Shown here one piece after another: positions 39,057-48,563 of a stretch of 64,000 nucleotides of DNA; within the stretch, counting starts at the first letter, position 1, and every line of letters begins with the position of its first letter. The notes beneath the pieces are model-generated. The model did no database searches, had not been told where the DNA came from, and saw nothing but the letters and a program-made list of their open reading frames with translations. A program made the translations under genes and the position numbers. This DNA comes from a virus. The stretch is from IMG/VR virus record IMGVR_UViG_3300017766_004165, positions 4,655 through 68,654 of that record. One strand, 5' to 3'.

Positions 39057-39644
39057 TTATTTCTTTTTCTTTACTGCTTTTTTAGCTGGAACAGCTCTTT
39101 TGGCTTTTTCAATAACGTGTTTGTTATTGTCTCTTTTTCTAACTTTTTCAAGAATTTCCTGAATACTGTTAGCTTCAATAGAGGCCAATGTTACTTTTCT
39201 GGTAATGTCAGCTCTGTTAAAGGTTCTGCCACTTTCTTTCTTAGGCTTATCAGCAGTTTTTTCTTTTCTAGTTAATTTACCCTGGTTATAGTTATCAATT
39301 AACGTATCCAAAGTAGTTGCTTCAGTTTCCAAAGTACCTTTAGCTTCTTTACCCCAGTAATTAGTAAAGAAATCAGAACCAGTATATTGAAGTTCAATTC
39401 TTGTTTGAATTGATAAACCAGAAAGTTCTTTTCTGATAGCTTTATTTTTAGCAATAAGAAAATCTCTTTCTTTTTTGGTAAGACCATCCTTGTCTTTTTT
39501 CTCAACAGGTGGCTTTTCGGTTAATTTATCTTTTGTACTCCAGAACTTTTTATGTTCTTTTTCCAAAGTATCAACTATGGCTTCTATTTGAAATTCTGTT
39601 AAATTCATTTTGAATTTTGTTTTTGTTTTTGATGATGTTCCCAT
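39057..39644 (-). CDS. Lys-rich basic protein
   Basis: 195 aa, KKK-rich termini. Confidence 0.3.
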   Translation of the reverse strand: MGTSSKTKTKFKMNLTEFQIEAIVDTLEKEHKKFWSTKDKLTEKPPVEKKDKDGLTKKERDFLIAKNKAIRKELSGLSIQTRIELQYTGSDFFTNYWGKEAKGTLETEATTLDTLIDNYNQGKLTRKEKTADKPKKESGRTFNRADITRKVTLASIEANSIQEILEKVRKRDNNKHVIEKAKRAVPAKKAVKKKK

Positions 39645-39888
39645 TTTCTTTCTTCTGCTTTAGAAGCAAAGACAGGTTTGGCTTTTGGTTGTTTTTCAGC
39701 TTTTGGTAAACTGTTTTCTTTTTGAAGTTGGGTCGCCAATTTAACCCTTTCTTTCTTAGCTCCTACTCCACTACCGAATCTGAGATCCAATTTTTGAATT
39801 TTTTGTTGAGTAGTGAGTTTTTTATGCTCAGAATTGCGTTCCTGGGCTTCTTTTTGCCTGGTTTCTAAATTCTTCATTGCTTTATTTT

Positions 39889-40608
39889 TTAAGGGTTTTT
39901 ACTTGGTTGTACTTCTTGCACAGTTGAAGCATTGATCAGTTTAGGAAGTATTTTAAACATTCCTGTTTTCTTTTTAGGAGTTGGTACTGAAGTTACTGCT
40001 ACTGAAGCAGGAACAATAGGATTTGAAGCTGTATGTCCATTTCCTCTTAAAATATGAGACATTTGTTGCTTCATGGCATCTTCCTGAGAAGTTCTTTCAT
40101 TAATATAATAATGAGGAACTTGAGGCTCATCCAGCTTATAGTTATCCCAGTCTTTTTTGTACCCTTCATCCAGGTAATTCTGAAGTGAATTGATGTATCT
40201 TTTATGGATTGCATGATAGGTTTGTTCAGAGATTACTTTTTGATTAGTAACTATAAACTTACCATCTTTGATAAAACCTATTCTGTGTTCCCAGGCTGGA
40301 TGTGCTTTTACTTCTTTAACAGCTTCAATGCCATTATCAGGGTCAGCTTCCACACCAGGAACTTCTACAACATTCCACAACTTATGAAAATGTACAAATT
40401 GTGTAACGTCTTGTATCTGGGGTCTTACCAGCAGTGTCCATTCTGAGGTATCCAGAACATCAAAATCACCAACTTTTTTGGTTTCTTTCTTCTTAAATTT
40501 GAAGATTGGTGTTTCTTCTGACATAATGTTTGTATTAGTTGTTAATAATGCGTTCATATCCCTTTTTGATCTTTTCACCCATCTTTTTATTGATGAACTT
40601 ATAAGCAT
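39889..40608 (-). CDS. hypothetical protein
   Basis: 239-aa ORF; the true start is probably the internal Met near 40524. Confidence 0.35.
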   Translation of the reverse strand: MLISSSIKRWVKRSKRDMNALLTTNTNIMSEETPIFKFKKKETKKVGDFDVLDTSEWTLLVRPQIQDVTQFVHFHKLWNVVEVPGVEADPDNGIEAVKEVKAHPAWEHRIGFIKDGKFIVTNQKVISEQTYHAIHKRYINSLQNYLDEGYKKDWDNYKLDEPQVPHYYINERTSQEDAMKQQMSHILRGNGHTASNPIVPASVAVTSVPTPKKKTGMFKILPKLINASTVQEVQPSKNP

Positions 40609-40864
40609 CTTCCAGGGTTTGAAATCCGTGTCTTTTAGTATTTCCAGTAGTATTCATTTTACCATAATGAATAGATACCGTAAAATTTGTTTGCTCCGAA
40701 TTTCCTAATCTGTGTAATTGGATGATATAGAATTTGTTATGACCAGCTTCTTTATGTTCCAATTTTACATGATCTATACCAACATTTCTTTTCTTTTCAA
40801 AGCTCAGTTTAAAACCGAACCCTGAAAAAGTATCAGGTTGGCGTCCAGTCTTTTTTGAGGCCAT
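40535..40864 (-). CDS. WGR-domain protein
   Basis: HNKFYIIQLHRLGNSEQTNFTVSIHYGKMNTTGNTKRHGFQTLEDAYKFINKKMGEKIKKGY fits the WGR pattern (FY.IQL... W/H-G-R/K... KxxKGY). Confidence 0.5.
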   Translation of the reverse strand: MASKKTGRQPDTFSGFGFKLSFEKKRNVGIDHVKLEHKEAGHNKFYIIQLHRLGNSEQTNFTVSIHYGKMNTTGNTKRHGFQTLEDAYKFINKKMGEKIKKGYERIINN

Positions 40865-41594
40865 ATTCTTCTTTTAGTTTATTTAATAATGTGACGACTA
40901 ATCTTTCTCTTTTAGGATGAAATCCTGTTTCTGGGAATTCAATGTAAAACAAACAACCCAGATTTTTCTTAGAACGAGCAAGCATTGTTCCTCCTACAAG
41001 CTGAATCAATCCTACTAAATGAGTAGCCTCTGAGTTAGATTTGGCCCATCTTATAAAATTGTACACTTGTTGATATTCTTCATCAGTTTGTTTTAGAATA
41101 CCTGATGCTAATGCTTGAACATAATCATTATCCTTCTTGTACTTCATTTCAGGATACTTATCATTATACTTACAATCATCAAACATGACCCATTGAACAT
41201 ATCTGTATAAGTAAGCAGGTATTCTTGGTAATTTTGGCAGAACTTCATCAACAAACCAGTTAGATTGATCTATTCTAGCTTGTATAGTAACATTGATAGT
41301 TTCTGCATTATCAATATCATAACCATTACCACTGTTATTTATAAAGACTGTAAGATTGTGCTTATCATCTCCTGTGGTAATGTCAAAATGTCCCTGCTTC
41401 TGAAGATGCTCAATCGCCTTCCTAATGCTAATGGGTGCATAGGGCGATCCATCAACGGTAAGCGATTCTTTTTCTTCTGGTACAGATTGCTGGACTTGAG
41501 GTTGAGCTTTAGTGTTTGCTTGTTTTGGTTTGGCACTAGTGCGCTTCTTCTTCCTTGTTTTTGAAGCTGAATTAGGTATTCTTCTTGTTCCCAT
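40833..41594 (-). CDS. hypothetical protein with a basic N-terminus
   Basis: 253 aa; N-terminal KTRKKKRTSAKPK. Confidence 0.35.
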   Translation of the reverse strand: MGTRRIPNSASKTRKKKRTSAKPKQANTKAQPQVQQSVPEEKESLTVDGSPYAPISIRKAIEHLQKQGHFDITTGDDKHNLTVFINNSGNGYDIDNAETINVTIQARIDQSNWFVDEVLPKLPRIPAYLYRYVQWVMFDDCKYNDKYPEMKYKKDNDYVQALASGILKQTDEEYQQVYNFIRWAKSNSEATHLVGLIQLVGGTMLARSKKNLGCLFYIEFPETGFHPKRERLVVTLLNKLKEEYGLKKDWTPT

Positions 41595-41784
41595 TGGCTC
41601 ATAATTTAAAAATTTTAAAAAATCTATTAATGCTTCGTTGATGAATGGTCACCTCAGCATTAATAGATCATTCACTAATACAAAACTAACAAAATAGTTT
41701 GAGAAGGGTATTCGCCTATACGAACCTGGTGATCGGAAACTCTCCGATGTCCTCCTCAAATTAGCATTTAAGCTAACTTATTCG

Positions 41785-41858
41785 TGGGGCTGCTAAGACT
41801 CGAACTTAGGACTCCCACATTAAAAGTGTGGTACTCTAACCAACTGAGTTACAACCCC
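41785..41858 (-). tRNA. tRNA-Lys (anticodon TTT)
   Basis: GGGGTTG acceptor, D-arm ACTC-AGTTGGTTA-GAGT, anticodon arm CCACA-CTTTTAA-TGTGG, T-arm CTAAG-TTCGAGT-CTTAG. Confidence 0.75.
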
Positions 41859-41870
41859 GAAAATGGTGAG

Positions 41871-41944
41871 TGGGCTGTGGTAGACTCGAACTACCAACCT
41901 CCTGAGTATCAGTCAGGGACTCTAACCAATTGAGCTAACAGCCC
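41871..41944 (-). tRNA. tRNA-Ile (anticodon GAT)
   Basis: GGGCTGT acceptor, anticodon arm CCTGA-CTGATAC-TCAGG, T-arm GGTAG-TTCGAGT-CTACC. Confidence 0.75.
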
Positions 41945-41948
41945 AGCC

Positions 41949-42560
41949 TTATGATTCTTTAAGCTTCTTTATAAGATGTTTAGCCATTGGTTTCATTTCA
42001 GATAATTCCATTAGAGCCAAAATAGGTGCTACTGTCTCTAAATTAAAATTAACTAAAGTTCTACCTGAAGCTTTGTCATTAAAAGTATCACAATCTGAAG
42101 GATCAGAAAACACATAATAGTTTCTACAAGCTGATGGTCTTACTGGATAAATGCTACAAGAGTTATATTTATCCAAGAACACACATCTTCTATGTGGAGA
42201 TAAAATGTATTCTTTATCATCCTTAATAAGAGCTTGTTTCTCAAGTAGTTCTAATTCTTTAGGTTCAAATTCTAAACCTTGCTCTTTCATATATTCAAGA
42301 ATAGTAATTATTTCCCATTCCATAGTTGCTACTTGAATATAACAACAATGAGCGCAGCCCTTTTTACAAGATGGCTGGTCTTTGTTAACAAAAGAGTTTT
42401 TATTGATGTCATCAATTACATCATACATAGCTAAAACTTTTTCTGCAATAGGCTCATTATTACTGAGTTGAGTTATATAGCTACTCTTTGCATAATTTAA
42501 AAAATTTGCTTGATCGTTAGAAAACTCTAAATCTTCATAATTACCTAAAATTTCAGGCAT
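41949..42560 (-). CDS. CxxxCxxCC Fe-S/zinc-binding domain protein (UPF0153/YkgJ-like)
   Basis: CKKGCAHCC cluster plus further conserved Cys residues. Confidence 0.4.
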   Translation of the reverse strand: MPEILGNYEDLEFSNDQANFLNYAKSSYITQLSNNEPIAEKVLAMYDVIDDINKNSFVNKDQPSCKKGCAHCCYIQVATMEWEIITILEYMKEQGLEFEPKELELLEKQALIKDDKEYILSPHRRCVFLDKYNSCSIYPVRPSACRNYYVFSDPSDCDTFNDKASGRTLVNFNLETVAPILALMELSEMKPMAKHLIKKLKES

Positions 42561-42619
42561 AAAAGTAGTTTTAAAAATTTTTAGAAACTTGATTTTCTAT
42601 TTTAATGTGTAATGATTTG

Positions 42620-42693
42620 TGATCCGAACAGGAGTCGAACCTGTAACCTATTGCTTAGAAGGCAATTGCTCTATCCAGTTGAGCTATCAGATC
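42620..42693 (-). tRNA. tRNA-Arg (anticodon TCT)
   Basis: GATCTGA acceptor, D-arm GCTC-AACTGGATA-GAGC, anticodon arm ATTGC-CTTCTAA-GCAAT, T-arm ACAGG-TTCGACT-CCTGT. Confidence 0.75.
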
Positions 42694-42845
42694 AAATTTC
42701 CTCCACCATCCCCCCCGAAGAAGTACGAGTCTACATCTCCCAGAAACACTCTATGAGGTTCATCGTATGCTATGAAACTTACTCCTTCGGCGGGGAGAGG
42801 CTTCGGAAATTCCTTACTTTTTCTAGGAAAAAATAAAGAAAACCA

Positions 42846-43484
42846 TTATCTTCCAGATTGGCCCACGTTCAATGTGCCAATAGAAGCTGCTTTAGCTCTT
42901 TCAACACCTGCAACTCTTTCATCTTCCAAAGCTTTCTTCCAATAACCAACCTGTTCAGTCAGGAATTTAACCTGGCTCTCCAGTTGGGTAATTTTGGCTG
43001 TGTTTTCAGCTTCTTTCTTTTCAAAGGTCATTTTAGCCAGTGCATCAGCATTGTCATGATCTTTCTTCATTGCGGAAGTTGCTGCATTAACAGCTTTGCT
43101 GATGTTTTCAGACATCTTTGTAGTGGCTTCATCCAGAGAATCATGCAGCTCATCCATTTTTGTTTCAAGAATAGCTACCAGCTTATTTCTCTGCAAATAA
43201 TTATCTACAAAAGCTTTCTGATCAGCATCATAAGCTTGCTGAAGCTCAATTTTGTTTTGGGCCACTTTGTTGGTAAGATCCTGCTTTAAAGCACCAATCT
43301 TATCTTCCAGATTTACTACTTCCAGTGTGCCACTGTTCAATGTAGTCTTAAGTTTTTCAACTTCAGGAGCTACTTGTAACAAAGCTTTTACTGCTGCTTC
43401 CATACGTGAAGCTGCTGAACCAATGATGATCTCAGTGGTTTTGTTGCCCTTTTTAGCTGGGACTTTTGCTTGTACTTCTGACAT
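42846..43484 (-). CDS. coiled-coil hypothetical protein
   Basis: 212 aa, Ala/Lys/Glu-rich. Confidence 0.35.
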   Translation of the reverse strand: MSEVQAKVPAKKGNKTTEIIIGSAASRMEAAVKALLQVAPEVEKLKTTLNSGTLEVVNLEDKIGALKQDLTNKVAQNKIELQQAYDADQKAFVDNYLQRNKLVAILETKMDELHDSLDEATTKMSENISKAVNAATSAMKKDHDNADALAKMTFEKKEAENTAKITQLESQVKFLTEQVGYWKKALEDERVAGVERAKAASIGTLNVGQSGR

Positions 43485-43522
43485 TTGTGTGTCGTTTTAG
43501 TATTAATGAATAAAAAATATAG

Positions 43523-43595
43523 CGGAGGAAACATGGATTCGAACCAGTGACACTAGGTGCTTCACACCTATGCTCTACCGCTGAGCTACTCCTCC
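43523..43595 (-). tRNA. tRNA-Phe (anticodon GAA), atypical T-stem
   Basis: GGAGGAG acceptor, D-arm GCTC-AGCGGTA-GAGC, anticodon arm TAGGT-GTGAAGC-ACCTA. The T-stem needs a bulged nucleotide (ACTGG-TTCGAAT-CCAT(G)T) and position 37 is G. Confidence 0.55.
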
Positions 43596-43653
43596 TCCCG
43601 TTTTACTTATCCTCTGAACGAGGGAAAACGGATCGCAAAAAAGAATTCTTAGT

Positions 43654-43724
43654 ATGCCCCAATAGGATTTGAACCTATATCCACCCCTTCAATGGGGCAA
43701 TCCTGGCCATTAGACGATGGGACT
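43654..43724 (-). tRNA. tRNA-like gene, Gln/Glu-type D-arm, aberrant anticodon loop (possibly Gln-TTG or a pseudo-tRNA)
   Basis: D-arm TCGTCTAATGGCCAGGAT resembles Glu/Gln tRNAs; T-arm ATAGG-TTCAAAT-CCTAT. The anticodon region is CCCC-ATTGAA-GGGG (6-nt loop) and the acceptor has an A1-A72 mismatch. Confidence 0.4.
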
Positions 43725-43791
43725 CAGGGCTTTTAACAACCATCAACTGTTAGCTCATGGCTCAAAAACCCAATCACAAGAAAAGCTTGTG

Positions 43792-44088
43792 TTACTTCCT
43801 GGCAATGTAATGCACTCCCTTGAAGCTTAATTCAGTAAGAGTTTGAGGATTTACGAATCTCACCTCTTTTGCAACTGTGGAATATACTTTAATATACCCC
43901 ATCTTGTTATCTTGTACTTTGTACCTGATACCATTGATCGTATGAGGTTTACCATCTTTGCCAATATGGGTAGTTGTCATAAACTTACCTTTGGTATCAG
44001 CGATGGTTGTGAGCATTTTGGTTCTTGTAGTTTTTACCACAGGAAAACTCTTGTTGTGCTTTGTAAGAGCGGGTTGCTTTTTAGGCAT
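43792..44088 (-). CDS. hypothetical protein
   Basis: 98-aa ORF between tRNAs. Confidence 0.3.
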   Translation of the reverse strand: MPKKQPALTKHNKSFPVVKTTRTKMLTTIADTKGKFMTTTHIGKDGKPHTINGIRYKVQDNKMGYIKVYSTVAKEVRFVNPQTLTELSFKGVHYIARK

Positions 44089-44122
44089 TTTGCTTGATTT
44101 TAATGAATGAATAAATGATAAG

Positions 44123-44195
44123 ATGTCATAGCAAGATTCGAACTTGCGACCTCACCCTAACAATGGGTTGCTCTAACCAACTGAGCTATATGACA
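44123..44195 (-). tRNA. tRNA-Thr (anticodon TGT)
   Basis: Close to E. coli tRNA-Thr overall: TGTCATA acceptor, anticodon arm AACCC-ATTGTTA-GGGTG, T-arm GCAAG-TTCGAAT-CTTGC. U at position 37 is unusual. Confidence 0.65.
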
Positions 44196-44268
44196 TCACT
44201 GAGTTGTGTAGGACACTGTCTTCAACGACAGGCCTACTACTCGCTGTTTTAAAGGAAACAGCTAACTA

Positions 44269-44628
44269 TTATTTTAATGCACCTTCCATAAACTTATCAA
44301 ACTCAATGTCTGATGTATGGTCATATGGATATGGAGTGCTGCATACTCTGGTTTTCTGAATAAGTTTACCTTCTTCACCTGGTTTAATAAGAGCAGCACA
44401 AGAAACACATGGTATAAAACCAGAATTGTATCCCTCTTGTATAGGTGTTACTTTAGATGCTTCTATAATTTGCTGCATATCACCAGTTTTTATTGCATTA
44501 TGTATCTTTTCAGCTCTTTGAATAAAAGCTTGGATACAACATACTGGATAACCAAAAAAGACTCCCATGAGTTGCATTCCTATAAGTTTTGAAGATAAAT
44601 CTTGATCTTCTTGACAGTTTTGACACAT
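44269..44628 (-). CDS. hypothetical Cys-containing protein
   Basis: 119-aa ORF. Confidence 0.3.
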   Translation of the reverse strand: MCQNCQEDQDLSSKLIGMQLMGVFFGYPVCCIQAFIQRAEKIHNAIKTGDMQQIIEASKVTPIQEGYNSGFIPCVSCAALIKPGEEGKLIQKTRVCSTPYPYDHTSDIEFDKFMEGALK

Positions 44629-44641
44629 AATAAAAATTTAG

Positions 44642-44713
44642 TAGCCCCACAGAGAATCGAACTCTGATTTACTGGTCGAAAACCAGTCGTCCTAGCCGTT
44701 AGACGACAAGGCC
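44642..44713 (-). tRNA. tRNA-Glu (anticodon TTC)
   Basis: D-arm TCGTCTAACGGCTAGGACG, anticodon arm ACTGG-TTTTCGA-CCAGT, T-arm CAGAG-TTCGATT-CTCTG. The acceptor is rich in G-U pairs. Confidence 0.6.
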
Positions 44714-45103
44714 ATTGCCCAGGGAATTAACCCTGGGACTTCATGTTTAAATCACCAGTTAAAATTGACAACTACAAATAACTGATCAACTAATGCCAAT
44801 AATTGTTAAACAATTGCGTTTAAACATGAAAGCTACTTAATGTTGTAGTACCAAAAAGTAGGATAAGAACTAAGGTTATGTAATATTGATACCTTCATTA
44901 GTAGGTTCAAGAGCATCAGCAAGCTTTCTGAATTCAGCTTTGTTGATTTCTCCTTTTGAACCAATTCCAACAAAGGATTCATGTACATTAATTACTCTCA
45001 AAGTTTCTTTACCTAAAATTCTTCCAAAATTTTTAGAGTCTCTGAGAAATTTGAAAATAGTTATTTTCTTCATCTTTGGATGGTTTTTACAGGTTATGTT
45101 GGA

Positions 45104-45505
45104 TTATTTCTTTTCTTTTTTAGGCTGAGGCTGATTTTTCTTACCCTTACCTTTACCATGTAAACGTTTAAAGGTATTAGATTCAGTACGTTTTTTCTGT
45201 CTTAATTTCTTTTCAGCCAACTTTCTTGGTTTTCTTACAGCAATAGCATAACCTTGAGGTGTGTCAACTCCATTTTTCTTCATGTTTCTCTTCATGGTTT
45301 TAGAGTATCCATGAGATTTCTTAAAAAGCTCACCATTGCTGGGTTTCTTTTCAGCTTTTAAATTTAATGGGGATTCCTCATTATTCTTTTTAAGGCTATT
45401 TTTAAGATCTTGCTGTGATAATGTGGTCAGTTTCTTTTTCTTTCTTGGTTTGCTGTTTTTGTTATTATCCAGCTTACCTCTTGTATCAGGAGCTTTTTTG
45501 CTCAT
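45104..45505 (-). CDS. highly basic Lys-rich protein (possible DNA-binding / internal protein)
   Basis: 133 aa, more than 30 percent Lys/Arg, KKKK runs. Confidence 0.35.
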   Translation of the reverse strand: MSKKAPDTRGKLDNNKNSKPRKKKKLTTLSQQDLKNSLKKNNEESPLNLKAEKKPSNGELFKKSHGYSKTMKRNMKKNGVDTPQGYAIAVRKPRKLAEKKLRQKKRTESNTFKRLHGKGKGKKNQPQPKKEKK

Positions 45506-46391
45506 AATCGTTTAATTTTTAAAGTTATGAAAGTTATGCCACTTGCTTATAGGATGGTACTGCAATACACCTTAAAGTTCCAGGTATTTTGTGCATTATC
45601 TTTCTATAAAGTGGTACTCCGGGATTACTTGATGTTAATACAGGACTGAGTGGATAAAATTTCTTAGCTTCAGCATCAATATTAAAAAGACGTCTTCTTT
45701 TGGTTGGTGTTTTTTGTTCTTTTGACATAAAGATTGATATTAGATTTCTTTCTCTTCTAATACATGGAATTCTACTGTTGAGACATCATTCTCATTCTTT
45801 TTCAGTAAAACCTGCTGATAGCCTTGAATGTGCTGTTCACACTCTGCATAGGATAATTCTGGGACAAAATCAAGTTCCATGAGGCAATAGACCCCATATT
45901 GATCAACAATTCTATTCCAGGGATTTGGAAATATATTGAGTTTCCCCAATTTGGATTTCATTCTGCATACAGGAGTATAGATGGTCTTTCCTGAGTTAAG
46001 AACATCTTTTTTAATAGCAAATTCATATTTGGCCATTAGCTTGTGTATTAGTTAAGATTTAGTTTTGAGACCTGCGTTTTTCATTAGATAGTCAAGATTT
46101 GCATTTATATTGTCTCTTTCAGCTTTAGGTACAATAGCCCCCATACCTTTTCTCCATTGCATAGAGTTAGGTTTTTCTCTGTGAGCATGATCAAAGCTAA
46201 TATGACAAGTATTTGGGTATCTCTTCATATTTTCCCGCCATTCAGCAGAAGTCATAAGAGATTCAACGAACATAGGTAATCCTTCTGTACTTTTATTCTC
46301 TGCCATAATAGAGGTTTTAAAGATGAGGGGCATTGCACCCCTCCAGTTTTTTACTTAAATATTCTACTAAAATTCATTAAATATAAAAATT

Positions 46392-46736
46392 TTAGTTTCG
46401 GGGTGGATGAAAAATTAACATAGTGAATCCAGCTTGTAAAGTCGGGTTATAAATATCAGAATATAGAGGATTAATACTTATCCAAAAGCTTTTAAAACTA
46501 AAAGTTATATTAACACAAATAAATGTTGGTTTATCTGCATCTCCCCAACCTGAAAATTCAAGATATTTCGTACTATCTTTAAAATAGTAAGAAATAGCTC
46601 CAGTCCATATGGGATAATAGCTTCGTTCAAATGGGTCTTGAAATTTTTCAATACTTCCAGTTAGATTAACTCTTTTAGTCTGAGAACTACAAACGATTAA
46701 CAACAGAATCACTAGTATTGCTCGTACTATTTTCAT
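46392..46736 (-). CDS. secreted or lipoprotein hypothetical protein
   Basis: N-terminal signal peptide MKIVRAILVILLLIVCSSQ. Confidence 0.35.
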   Translation of the reverse strand: MKIVRAILVILLLIVCSSQTKRVNLTGSIEKFQDPFERSYYPIWTGAISYYFKDSTKYLEFSGWGDADKPTFICVNITFSFKSFWISINPLYSDIYNPTLQAGFTMLIFHPPRN

Positions 46737-46973
46737 GTTGTTTGTATTTTGTTACACTGATAAATTTAACTTTTGGAGTCTCCAATATCTTTGGTAGTGG
46801 GACTTCTTTTCTAATTCTTCTATCCAAATAAATCCATAACAATCCATTGTATTCAAACTTTGTGATTATATTAGTTTTATTATTGGTATATCTGATAGTT
46901 AAATCACCAAGAACAAGAACATACAACAAGATCATAGTTGGTAAAATCCAAGTTGCATTCATGATTGCTGGTT

Positions 46974-47456
46974 TTAAACTTTTGAAAGATAAACGTAGGC
47001 TTTGTGGTATTTTTCAATACGAGCAAAGTCAGCTTTGGTTAATCCTTTTAACCTGAAGGGTTGCGAATTATGTTCTAAATCAGCCATTTTTACGGCCCTC
47101 GCATCTTCATTTGTGGATATTTCTGCAATATACTCTTCATATGTTTTTACAGTTGGATCATGCGTAAGCAACATTAAAGGTATTATAATAGCATCACCAA
47201 AACCTTTTCTTCTCAGGTCTGCAAAATCCCAATCAGTGTCTTCTACTAAATCATGTAAAATTCCGATAATTCTACGTGTATCAGTAGTTTGTTTATCCAT
47301 AACATAAAGACAATGAAGGATATATGGCTCTCCTGATTTGTCCAGCTTATCTTTAAAAGCTTTAGCAACAATGCTAATAGCATGAGCTAATTGCTTTTTT
47401 GAGGACATGATCTTTGGTTTTAACGTGAACGTATATGAGATCCAGGTTCGTTGCAA
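46974..47456 (-). CDS. RelA/SpoT-family HD-domain (p)ppGpp hydrolase (small alarmone hydrolase, Mesh1-like)
   Basis: SGEPYILHCLYVM, GILHDLVEDT and VKMADLEHN parallel SpoT segments GEPYITHP, LLHDVIEDT and IKLADRTHN. The probable start is the internal Met (MSSKK, about 47408). Confidence 0.65.
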   Translation of the reverse strand: MQRTWISYTFTLKPKIMSSKKQLAHAISIVAKAFKDKLDKSGEPYILHCLYVMDKQTTDTRRIIGILHDLVEDTDWDFADLRRKGFGDAIIIPLMLLTHDPTVKTYEEYIAEISTNEDARAVKMADLEHNSQPFRLKGLTKADFARIEKYHKAYVYLSKV

Positions 47457-47788
47457 GAAGTTTTCAATACAATGTTAAGATCTTCTTTATTATAGACATA
47501 TTCTTCCTGGAATAAGTCTTTATAATAAGATTTGAATTTTGAAATGTCTTCTTCAATTGTCTTAGTGAAAGTTTTACTAACACGAAGACTATCAATTGTT
47601 TCCCACCAAGAATCTTTATCACTTTTAAGATACTTTTTAATAAAAACCTCTGGCTGGTGATCATCAAGATTTTTTTGAAGTCTTGCAATCTGTAATTTGA
47701 AAGCATTTTTCAAATTTACAACTTTTTTATCTATTTCTGGTGTAAGCTCTGAAGCAGCTTCAAGAAATAAATTTTTAATATCTTTCAT
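47420..47788 (-). CDS. hypothetical protein
   Basis: 122-aa ORF. Confidence 0.3.
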   Translation of the reverse strand: MKDIKNLFLEAASELTPEIDKKVVNLKNAFKLQIARLQKNLDDHQPEVFIKKYLKSDKDSWWETIDSLRVSKTFTKTIEEDISKFKSYYKDLFQEEYVYNKEDLNIVLKTSCNEPGSHIRSR

Positions 47789-47867
47789 TATCTTGGTTTT
47801 AATAATTTAAAAATAAAGCTGCATTAAAATTAATCAATGCAGCTTTTATTACAAATTTAAATCTTGT

Positions 47868-48563
47868 TTAGAAATTCACACCAGCAGTAGAGCCAGAGCT
47901 TGAGGATACAGACTGAGAAACAACTCCCATCTGTTTTCTGATCTCTGATGCACTGTTGCCTACTGTTACCAGACATTTAGTGTGATCCAGGCCCATTTCA
48001 GTACAAGCTTCCTGGAAATAATGTGGTTGACCCACACCCAGCATATTGATTGTAAATGAACTGGCCCAGGCTTCATTACGTCTGAGATCTTCAACGAGCT
48101 TTTTGATCTTTGTTGCTGCACCACTGGATGATGAATTATCTTCACCATCAGTTGATATGAAAATGGCTGTTCTCACATCAATACCCTGTTCTTCAAGATC
48201 TTTTCTGTACGCAATTGCGTGTTCAAGACCTTGTAATACAGCATCATACAATGCTGTACCTCTGCCGGTATTATGCACATCAAAATAATCATCCTGCACA
48301 TTCAGGATAGGCATAAAGCCTGATTTATGTTCTACTTTCTCACAAAAAGTGATTGCTTTTACAACAATATCATCTTTTCTGTGAGAGTTTTTAAGATCCT
48401 GGATGAATACATCTTTGGCAATAGTATTCATAGTTGTTTCATATGAACTAATGCTGGGAGATACGTCATTAATGACAATAAACATAACTACCATAGATGT
48501 CATATTAGCCAAAGAATTAGGATCAAAGTTTTGGCTGTTATTAAAGTTTTGGAAACCTTCCAT
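47868..48563 (-). CDS. VWA-domain protein
   Basis: IVINDVSPSI (DxSxS MIDAS) and FISTDGEDN (TDGxxN) motifs. Confidence 0.45.
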   Translation of the reverse strand: MEGFQNFNNSQNFDPNSLANMTSMVVMFIVINDVSPSISSYETTMNTIAKDVFIQDLKNSHRKDDIVVKAITFCEKVEHKSGFMPILNVQDDYFDVHNTGRGTALYDAVLQGLEHAIAYRKDLEEQGIDVRTAIFISTDGEDNSSSSGAATKIKKLVEDLRRNEAWASSFTINMLGVGQPHYFQEACTEMGLDHTKCLVTVGNSASEIRKQMGVVSQSVSSSSGSTAGVNF

